Source: Cladosporium halotolerans (Eukaryota). Taken from it: a stretch of 64,000 bases of DNA. The stretch's first letter is position 1. Every line of letters begins with the position of its first letter. The stretch covers positions 62,001 to 126,000 of the forward strand of contig NW_027191485.1 of the NCBI RefSeq assembly GCF_011745625.1, written 5' to 3'. A model generated the notes under the pieces. It had not been told where the DNA came from. It did no database searches and saw only the letters and a list, made by a program, of their open reading frames with translations. A program made the position numbers and the translations under genes. This document shows, piece after piece, positions 55,810 to 64,000 of the stretch.

Positions 55810-57688
55810 GCGAGCTGCACCAAATCCACCTTCCTTTTTTCTTTTCTCCAGCAAATAGACAGTAAAGTATGGTGATCTTCACAATTAGGTTGTGCGGAAG
55901 AACTTCTTTCTCGTTCTTATACATCAGCTTAAGGCTCGGTCCGGCGTCGCATCGGCGTGGCTGAACTCAATTTCGCGCGCTGACAGCCCTACCGATTTTG
56001 GGCCCATTATGCTGAAGAAGGTCGTCTTTGCTTTTGACATTACTATGTTCTGAATAAACTTTCATTAGCTTCTCTTCTCGACGACCATGCCATTCATTGT
56101 CTGGTTTACCAACACACGAAATGTTACTACCTGGTCTCTCCAATCTTTGCGCTACCGCATCTGACGCTTGGAGTTCCCAGGGTTAGGGTTGGGGTTGATG
56201 GGAAGTTTCAGGATGAAGCATTGAACGCTTCACACCACGCAACAAGATAGTAATTTGAGCATACATCAATATCTAGATTATGTCTCCTGCTTTTTGTACT
56301 TCATTTGTATTGAGATCTAGTTGCAGATTACCCTCGTGCTGCCTATCGTGTTCGCCGGTGTGACAAAGCTGAGGCATTGGTACTGATATCGTTGAATCAA
56401 GCACTCCAAGCTGGGGGTAGACAAGCATATTGACGTTGATGTTTCGCCTGCATGCAGCCGACATGATTTACGCCCGAGATGACATAGACTAAATCAAAAA
56501 ATACACGATATACACTGACTGGACTTGGCTGGGTTTGCACAAGCACGACTCATCCGTCTGAGAGCCGAGAGCACGCAACGATCATCCGGCAATCATACTC
56601 TCGTCCGCCACGTCTGGTTAAGAAGCGTTGCAAAGAGATCAGCGGTCACACACAACACAAACATCCCAATCGTCCTCTGCCGTCTTCTGCCGACGACTTT
56701 GCCTGCAGCACATAATAGTCAAGCCAAGCGCGTCTTACGCGCCGCGATCCGAGCAACCGCAGCAGAGTCGAGCCTTCAACGCGTCACGACCATGTGCGCG
56801 TGTGTGCTCCATCAAAAACACGCAGACAAGATGGTGAAACACAGTGCGGGTCCTCGGTGCAGGTCCCCGGACCCCCTGGTCCCTCCTCCCTCGGTGCCGG
56901 TCGCAGGGGACATAGATCTTCAGCAGTAGTGAACGGTGAACGGCAGTGGTGGTGGTGAAACACGAATGCTGGCCAGGTTCTGAGACGTATGTGCCGGGTA
57001 TGATTCTAGAACGTCACCAGAGGCCATCACGCCCTTGCAATCTATGTGGCTTACCCACGTGGGAGTCAAAGAATGCTTTCGGAGGCGTGGTCCATGGACG
57101 TGAAGAGGCGCCCCGCGCCCAGGTGCGACTGGACGTGCCACCACCCAGCGTTTGCAGGGCCTCGAGCGTGGGCGTCGGGAGGCCATCCGCGCGCGCCGCG
57201 CTGGCAAGGCTGCGATCAGGCCAAGCCAGCCCCCTGAACCGACCTCGAAGCTCCCTCCAACCGCAACTCCACCTCTGCCAACGCTGCTCGGGAGGCCAAC
57301 ATGCAACATTATTCGTTGATGGTAACTTTGGCGGTTCCTTCAGTGATCAACACACAGCAAGAGACCCGAAGACTGCGGGTCTGGACGGCTCTCTCTCCTG
57401 GCTACCGCTTCTTGATATGTTTCAAGCTGCCATAGCACCAGATATCCACAATTGTGGTAGGTATAAGAGTTTCCCTCGTCTCCTCGCGTCCGACACATCT
57501 TCCGTTCGTCAGAGCATCAATCAGCTTTCCACTCTCTTTTTTTGCTTTCGTTCCATCTTTGCGAAGAGCCGCCAGTCGTGCTCGCACCTTTCATTACAAA
57601 AGGACGCCGTTGATCGGGTCCGAATACAATCGTTCAAACAACAAAATCACGTCGGGATTCAAAATTCAACCACATCAATCAATTCAGA

Positions 57689-58639
57689 ATGAAATCCACC
57701 TTCTCAGCCGCCGTCCTGGCTCTGGCCCTCTCAGCCACCGCCGCCCCATTAGGCAAACACTCATCCGCCCACGCCAGCCTCCACTCCCACTCCGGCTCTA
57801 GCAACCACACCACTAACCCCTCCGAATCCTCCTACGGCCCACCAACCTTCTTCGGCGACAACCCATCCACCTACAAAGGCCCACCGCGCGGCAGCCCCGA
57901 ATCGCAGGCATCCTCCGCAACAACCCACCGCACACCCCCCTCCGCCGCAAACGCCACCTCCCCCCACCCGCACCTCTCAACCAGCACCTCCTCCTCCAAC
58001 ACCTCCCTCCCCCTCACCCCCCGCAACGTCCCCGCCCAGCCCTCAACCCCAGACTACAAATCCTACATCTCGCACGACAGCACGACCATGTTCGGCCTGC
58101 AGAGCCCCACCTGCAGCGCCGTAACCCTCATCTTCGCCCGCGGCACGACAGAAAAAGGCAACATGGGGACCTGCGTCGGGCCCTCCCTCGCCTCTGCGCT
58201 CCGCGAGAAAATCCCCTCCCTCGCAGTCCAGGGCGTCGACTACCCCGCGAACTCCGAGGGCAACACCATGTACGGCGCCAGCGGCGGGCCGAACATGGCG
58301 ATGCTGGCGCGCGCGGCGCGCAAGATGTGTCCCGGGACGAAGATCGTGCTCGCGGGGTATTCGCAGGGCGCGAGGTGCATTCACGGGGCGCTGGGGAAGA
58401 GCGAGGAGCCGTTTGACGGCGGGGATGTGGCTGCTGTGGTGGCGTTTGGGGATCCGTTGAATGGGCACAAGGGGGAGGAGTTTGAGGGCGTTCGGAGGGA
58501 GAAGGTGCTGCAGGTTTGCGGCGATAAGGATGGGCGGTGTCAGGATGGGAAGGTGGACTTGGAGGTCGACGGCGGGCATATTAGTTATGGGAGCTCGGCG
58601 GAGGATGTGGCGGAGTGGATTCAGAAGACGGTTGGTTGA
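57689..58639 (+). CDS. Secreted cutinase (CE5), 316 aa, with long S/T/P/H-rich N-terminal extension
   Basis: Signal peptide, CSAVTLIFARGTTE, nucleophile GYSQG, FGDP, CGDKDGRC (catalytic Asp) and GHISY (catalytic His). Confidence 0.93.
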   Translation: MKSTFSAAVLALALSATAAPLGKHSSAHASLHSHSGSSNHTTNPSESSYGPPTFFGDNPSTYKGPPRGSPESQASSATTHRTPPSAANATSPHPHLSTSTSSSNTSLPLTPRNVPAQPSTPDYKSYISHDSTTMFGLQSPTCSAVTLIFARGTTEKGNMGTCVGPSLASALREKIPSLAVQGVDYPANSEGNTMYGASGGPNMAMLARAARKMCPGTKIVLAGYSQGARCIHGALGKSEEPFDGGDVAAVVAFGDPLNGHKGEEFEGVRREKVLQVCGDKDGRCQDGKVDLEVDGGHISYGSSAEDVAEWIQKTVG

Positions 58640-58959
58640 TTGGTTGGAAAGGGGGAGAAGGGATTGATTGCTTCGTCAGTGCTGGATGCTGCGAATGTAT
58701 GGTCGTCTGCCGCTGAATTTATGACTCTCTTACCTAGCATGATGAACAGTTACCACATCACCCGAATGACACTCAATCATGCGCAAGCCAAAAAGGTTAC
58801 TATTGCTCAAGGATATACAACAGAATGTGCGAAGCCCCCAAAGATAAAAGAAAAACAAGCTAGCTGTATGTCATCTATCGTGAAACTCGTCTCTCGCATG
58901 GCCCTCCGCCCCACCACACGCCACCAACAGCCCATTAATTACAAGGCCACCCCAACCCT

Positions 58960-61900
58960 CTACTCCGCCAACACCATCCTCAACATAGCAGTGAAATGCT
59001 CCCCCAACTTCGGCAACTCCACAATCGCCGGCTTGACCGGCTCGCCCGCCGACCTCTTCAACAAATCCCTCTGCCTGCCTCTCCTCTTGCGCTCCGCCTC
59101 AATCGGATCCCCTCCATCATCGTCCGCCTCGCTCTCGCTCTCCTCGTCATCCTCGTCCGCGAGATCCAGATCCTGCAAGTCCATCGCGTTCAGCCCGAAA
59201 TCGCCCGGCTTGAAAGTCGACGCCAGCCCGCCCATGCCGTTCGCGCCCTCGGCGGCGCCGCCTCCGCCAGACGCCATCTTCTGCCGCGTCTTGTCCTGGT
59301 GCCACTTCTTGCGCGCCATCTGCCAGCGGATGAGGGAGTTGATCTCGCGCACGGCGGCGTCCTTGTCGACGAGCCCGACGCTGAGGGCGCCGGAGAACAG
59401 CGCGTTCATGTCGAGCTTGCCGCCCGCGGGCCCGTTGCGCAGGAAGTCGAGGATGCTCTCGATCCAGTTCATGAGCTTGTCGAAGAGGCCGTTGTCGTGC
59501 AGGTGGACTTCGTGGACGAACTTGTACAGGTCCTCCTCGTGGCGCGCGCACAGGTCGATGAAGGACTGCACGGTCTGGTTGGGGTCCGCGCTGACGTCCT
59601 GGCGCTGGGCGCGCTCGATGGTCTGGATGGCGTCGTCGACGAAGCGCGCGAAGTCCGTCACGCTGCTGTAGACGTTGGCGCTCTTGTAGACGCGCACGAG
59701 GGGCTCGTAGAAGATGGTGAAGAGGTCGCGGAAGAGGTGGAGCGTGGTTGGCTCTTCGATCATCTCGAGCATCATTTCTTTGTCGCGCTTGCGGGTGTAG
59801 AGCTTGAGGAGTTGTTTGAGGCGCGCGAAGAGCTCGGCGCCCTGCCGCATGGACTCGTCGATGTGCTCGACGGCGTTTTCCCAGGCGACGTAGGCGTTGA
59901 AGATCTGCGCGATGTGGTCGTTTGAGAGCTGTGGTTGGAGCTCCTCGGTTTGCATGATCTTGACCAGCAAGTCCACTTGGTCGGCTTCCGCTTCCTGTTT
60001 GATTGCGTTCTTTTGAGTTTCGTCCGAGTACGTGAAGTTCTTGATCTTCTCGAAGTAGAGGTTCTCCTCGATCTTTGGGAGTAGGGAGTCAATGGAGCGC
60101 TGTATACTCCGTACACCATCGCCAATCGCAAAGCCAAACATGCGCTGGAGTAAGCTCTTCGCGCCGAGCGGTTGTGCCATGAAGAGGTCCAGAACACCTT
60201 TCATCACCGCTGCAGGATTGGTAAATCGAATGACCTGCTTCAGAGCCGTATACGGCACCAAGCCATGTATCCTCTTCAACTGCGCAAAAAGCTCAGGGCT
60301 GTTGTCCTCGGCAAGGAAAAGGTGGTACAACGTGGCGGCCACTTCAATGCGAAGCCATTCGCAGACCTTTTGGTACTCAGGCGCCAGCTCGGAAATACTG
60401 TTCTTGACCTTGACCTCGGCGAACAGGTTTCGCAAGCCGTTCTTCTCAATCACCGTCCTCCTGAAGCTCTCCATGTGCACGTCGAGCTCCTTGGCGCGCT
60501 GGCTGGCGATTTCGAAAAACCTCCGCTGCTCCTCCATCCGCCTCTCGTCCATCTCTTTTCGCCGTGCGATGTCGTCCAATTCTTCGCTGGTTAGCTTTGT
60601 CGGATCCGCTGTTAAGAAGTCCGTCATGGCTCTGCTGTGAGCGATGTTCTCGTTCTGAAGGAAATTACGAAGGAAAGCTCTGAGTGATACTCGTTGGTCT
60701 TCACGAGGGAGTGTGTGTGCCGAAGTAGGCGAGCCGGAGCGTGGTGTGGCTGCAGTCGCAAGATTCGAAGAAGAATCCATGCTAGGGCGAGGCGATGCGC
60801 TGCTGGGAGTGAGCGACGGGGCGCGCTTGTGGTTAGGCGTGGCGCTGCCTCCTCCGGTCCAGGATGAGAGGTACGAGCGGAATCCTCCTGATGAAGCCTC
60901 TTGGGCCTGCTCTGGAGGCGCGAGACTGGCAGCCGTCGTAGACATTGAAGACATACTTGAAGCGTCATCATCGTCCGCGCTTGTGAACATCGACGAGCTC
61001 TTGTTTTTCCTTGGCAAAGGCGGAAGCACTTTTCCGGGCAACTCCTGTCGCAATTTCTTATGCATCCTCACGAAATCACCGAACCGTCTGGCTACGTGGA
61101 TCTCTGGCTTGTCCTTCTGCTTCACCCTCAGCAGAAAGCTGGCATGCTGATGTTTCCTGACGTGCCGTTTCTGTGTGACCGATCGCACGCCTTCCACGTT
61201 GACATCCCAGCCATTGATCTCATTGCCCTCAGGTTGGTTCACGACAAGACCTTGCTCATTTGCTCCGCGGTCCACAACCTCCATCTCGCTAAAGCGGATC
61301 CTCTCCTCATAGCCCGACGCGGTGGGGATTCCGGAAACCATCATCAGCTCGACCAGCTTGGTCGCCTTGATCGCGAGCTTCGACCTCTTCGTCTCTTCTA
61401 GTCTGTCCTCGGAGCCCGAAATATGTTTGTTCGCAAAGCTCTCGAGGAAGATCTGCAGCTTGTCCTGCCAGAACTCCTTCTCCTGCGCCTGGTTGAGGAA
61501 GGGGAATTTGCGCACGAAGTGAACGAAGATGAAGCGCAGCAAAGGCAGCTCCGAGTCCTCGGGCGCGACCTCGCCGGCGTCTGAGAGAAAGGGTGCGCCG
61601 AAGCGGCGCAGCGCAGTGGGGTGCGAAAGCTCGCGGATCTCCCATTGCGTTTGCTGGCTCAGCAGCTCGCGCTTCAGGTAGTGTTCCTGCTTGCCAGTGA
61701 GGACTGAGCCGGGAGGCGGCACGGACATCTTGGAGTTGAAGGAGACGGCGGAGTGTAGTCGCTCGAGCTGCTGCTTGCGCTGGCCGTCTTGGTCGTCGGA
61801 TTCGGGCTGTTCCTCCGGAGCGTCGACAAAGGGCGTGACTGTTTCCATGGTGTCTGTCCGCCTCGGTCGGGTCATCTCTTGCTCCTGCGAGCCTTGCGAC

Positions 61901-62001
61901 GGGCGATTGCTGGGTGTGAGCTGGACTCTGCGGCCGTCGAAGGTGGGGTAGGAGACGGGCTCGTTGGGGTCGTTGCCGCCGGTGACTCTGGGGCTCGCCA
62001 T
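58960..62001 (-). CDS. PX-domain protein of the Ypr097w/Lec1 type (PXB-PX-PXC), 1013 aa
   Basis: QEHYLKRELL, FVRKFPFL..FWQDKLQ, PX RRFGDFVRMHKKLRQELPGKVLPPLPRKNK, LPREDQRVSLRAFLR and FYEPLVRVYKSANV. Confidence 0.9.
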   Translation of the reverse strand: MASPRVTGGNDPNEPVSYPTFDGRRVQLTPSNRPSQGSQEQEMTRPRRTDTMETVTPFVDAPEEQPESDDQDGQRKQQLERLHSAVSFNSKMSVPPPGSVLTGKQEHYLKRELLSQQTQWEIRELSHPTALRRFGAPFLSDAGEVAPEDSELPLLRFIFVHFVRKFPFLNQAQEKEFWQDKLQIFLESFANKHISGSEDRLEETKRSKLAIKATKLVELMMVSGIPTASGYEERIRFSEMEVVDRGANEQGLVVNQPEGNEINGWDVNVEGVRSVTQKRHVRKHQHASFLLRVKQKDKPEIHVARRFGDFVRMHKKLRQELPGKVLPPLPRKNKSSSMFTSADDDDASSMSSMSTTAASLAPPEQAQEASSGGFRSYLSSWTGGGSATPNHKRAPSLTPSSASPRPSMDSSSNLATAATPRSGSPTSAHTLPREDQRVSLRAFLRNFLQNENIAHSRAMTDFLTADPTKLTSEELDDIARRKEMDERRMEEQRRFFEIASQRAKELDVHMESFRRTVIEKNGLRNLFAEVKVKNSISELAPEYQKVCEWLRIEVAATLYHLFLAEDNSPELFAQLKRIHGLVPYTALKQVIRFTNPAAVMKGVLDLFMAQPLGAKSLLQRMFGFAIGDGVRSIQRSIDSLLPKIEENLYFEKIKNFTYSDETQKNAIKQEAEADQVDLLVKIMQTEELQPQLSNDHIAQIFNAYVAWENAVEHIDESMRQGAELFARLKQLLKLYTRKRDKEMMLEMIEEPTTLHLFRDLFTIFYEPLVRVYKSANVYSSVTDFARFVDDAIQTIERAQRQDVSADPNQTVQSFIDLCARHEEDLYKFVHEVHLHDNGLFDKLMNWIESILDFLRNGPAGGKLDMNALFSGALSVGLVDKDAAVREINSLIRWQMARKKWHQDKTRQKMASGGGGAAEGANGMGGLASTFKPGDFGLNAMDLQDLDLADEDDEESESEADDDGGDPIEAERKRRGRQRDLLKRSAGEPVKPAIVELPKLGEHFTAMLRMVLAE

Positions 62002-63201
62002 GGTTGCAGAAGGAGTGGGTGGAGAGCGGCGACGGGCAATGGAGGGAGGCGGCCCCGGGACTACCTATTCGGTGGTGAAGGAGTGTTGGAGGGCTGTGAC
62101 ACAAGACATCCGGGCTGGCGTCTGTCAAGCGCGCCGGTGGTGGGCACGCGTCGATCGGGGCGGTGGTGGAGTCGCGGCGTGCACAGCACCGCGGACGATG
62201 CTTGACGTAAGCCCCGCGACGCCCGCATCCGCCAAGCGCCTCGTCATGCGCGGGCGGTGCGGCAATTTTTTGTAATCTACTACACGGTTTTGATCATATG
62301 GTGGGGAGCATCACGAGGCTAGGAGGTCTATGGCTGTTTGTGCGAGGTGTGAGTGAAGGGCGCTGCCGTCACTGCGAGACAGAGCAGAGCAGCGCGGGCT
62401 GTCGCAGCGAGCCACCGGGCAGCGTCAGCCAGCACCGGCATCACCAGCCTCTCGCCCACGGCCCACCACAGCCAGCAGCGCGCACAGATCTCTCCGCAAA
62501 TCACGCCCCCCTCCTTCTCAGCCCTACTGGGCAACGCCAAGCGCCTTCTCTCGCGCGCGCATCTCCACCCACCGAGGTCACCGTCCTATTGGCGCACGTT
62601 ACGATCCGACCACCAATGTATCGCACGCAAACAGTCTTGACTTCCTCCTCGGTCCGTCTGCCCTGTAAGGCTGCGCGGATAGTTCGGCCGGTCAAGTCAT
62701 CTTGGCCTTGGGCCTGTGCTGGCGCGACGCTTTCTCGCTGCCTGCTGGGCTTGACGCCCGGCTGCCGCGGCCGGAGCGGCAGTGACGGTGTATCTCCGTG
62801 CTGTGTGTTGTGTGTACATGGGCTTGCGAGGCGGTGCTGAGAGCTCGCGGTGCGAAGTCTGTCACGTGCTGGTGGAATCCTGGGCTTGAAGTGCGTGTGA
62901 GTACGTGGACTTCCTGTGGCTGTGGTAGAGCTAGTGGCCCGGGGGGCTTTTCGCATCCGCAACGACAAGCCACCGTAAGGATACAGTCGAAGTTCTAAAT
63001 GCGGAACGTCAAAGAGTCGTGGCTCAGCCATACAATGTGACAGAGGTATCTTCAGCCGACAGACAGCGAGCGGTGTGCCAGGCTTGCCCTGATGACCTCG
63101 CTCCAAATGGCGGGACGCACGTGTGGACCATTGCGCGTGTGTTTCGACCGAGAGAATACTCACAAACGGTAATTTACATCAATCAAGCATCAACTCGTCT
63201 C

Positions 63202-64000
63202 TTACAACCCAACCCCCTTCACCTCCCCCTCGCTCACTCCCCTCACCTGCCCCTCCACTACCTTCCCCTCAATAACCTCCCCACCCCTCCCCAACATCAA
63301 ATGCTCCACATTCACCTTCGGCCCCTTGAACCACTTCCTCGCATCAACCACCCACCAAACCACCGCCCCCAGCATCGGCGCCCCATAACACAGCGCCGTC
63401 CAATTCATACTCGCCGGGTCCAGATTCCGCCCCGTCACGCTCGGCAAGCACAGGATCGGCACCATGAGCGTCACGAACGCGCTGCCCACGGCGCCGATCG
63501 GAATGCTCGCGCGGCCCAGGTTCCAAGGGCCGGGGCGGAACCGGTTGCCGACGAAGAAGACGCGGATGACGATCGGGATCGTGAAGGCGACGAAGGCGGC
63601 GCACGCGCCGATGCTGAAGATCGCCCCGATCGCCAGCTCGCCGCCGAAGATGAGCAGCAGGCACAGAGTGCCGACCAGGCTGTTGAGCCAGACGGCGTTG
63701 ACGGGCGTGCGCGTGTAGGTGTTGACGTGCGACCAGATGCGGGAGAGGGGGAAGACGTCGTCGCGGGCGTAGGCCTGGGAGAGGAGGTAAGCTTGGGGAT
63801 CTGAGAGGGTGGAAGGGATGGAGTGGAGGCTTACGAATGTCACGCGCGACGCGGCGATCATGCAGCCCTGGCCCATGGCGAAGCCCGCGATGATGGTGAG
63901 GGAGAGCACGGCGATGACGATCTTCTGCGGCAGGATGTCGTTGAGGTAGGCCGCGAAGGGCTGGCCCAGGTCGCTCTCGAGCACCGCCGTGATGTCCACG
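63202..64000 (-). CDS. APC-family amino acid/GABA permease (UGA4/TPO5/HNM1-like), 3' part (runs off window end)
   Basis: SRVTF|AYARDDVFP spans intron 63775-63834; TPVNAVW, FRPGPWNLG, MNWT and ARKWFKGP. Confidence 0.9.
   Translation of the reverse strand, partial: VDITAVLESDLGQPFAAYLNDILPQKIVIAVLSLTIIAGFAMGQGCMIAASRVTFVSLHSIPSTLSDPQAYLLSQAYARDDVFPLSRIWSHVNTYTRTPVNAVWLNSLVGTLCLLLIFGGELAIGAIFSIGACAAFVAFTIPIVIRVFFVGNRFRPGPWNLGRASIPIGAVGSAFVTLMVPILCLPSVTGRNLDPASMNWTALCYGAPMLGAVVWWVVDARKWFKGPKVNVEHLMLGRGGEVIEGKVVEGQVRGVSEGEVKGVGL

Noticed and set aside
1..64000. CRISPR arrays, intact transposons or a secondary-metabolite cluster; TGA-CTA readthrough contexts
   Set aside because: No repeat-spacer array, transposase catalytic domain, RT, LTR, PKS or NRPS seen. 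None of the called stop codons has the TGA CTA context.

Overview
Gene-dense, GC-rich eukaryotic DNA from a filamentous ascomycete. Short GT-AG introns with CTRAC branch points and the gene set indicate Pezizomycotina, tentatively Dothideomycetes. I can support 21 protein-coding genes or candidate ORFs. In order: TRM5 (partial), kinesin-3, a PHS-family phosphate/organophosphate MFS transporter, a Tc1-like HTH ORF, a GPI cell-wall protein, JAC1, cytidine deaminase, a SesA-like-NACHT-ankyrin NLR, an 833-aa RGG/coiled-coil protein, a REX1-like exonuclease, MTD1, MMS19, a large F-box/C2H2 protein, ABP1, a PlsC acyltransferase, a MeaB-like bZIP, a hybrid histidine kinase, two hypothetical proteins, a cutinase, a PX-domain protein and a partial APC permease. 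There is also an intron-containing tRNA-Pro(AGG). The most striking unexplained signal is about a dozen ~0.6-1 kb domains that run C/A-rich, then CG-rich, then G/T-rich. They lie mostly over gene 3' ends at convergent pairs, run through introns and UTRs, and bias the C-terminal amino acids. Other points of interest are RIP-like codon bias in the NLR ankyrin repeats, a possible domesticated transposase HTH, a candidate intron-retention isoform of MeaB, a GAG splice acceptor, and candidate PHO and FarA sites. All family assignments come from motif recognition by eye. No database searches were run.
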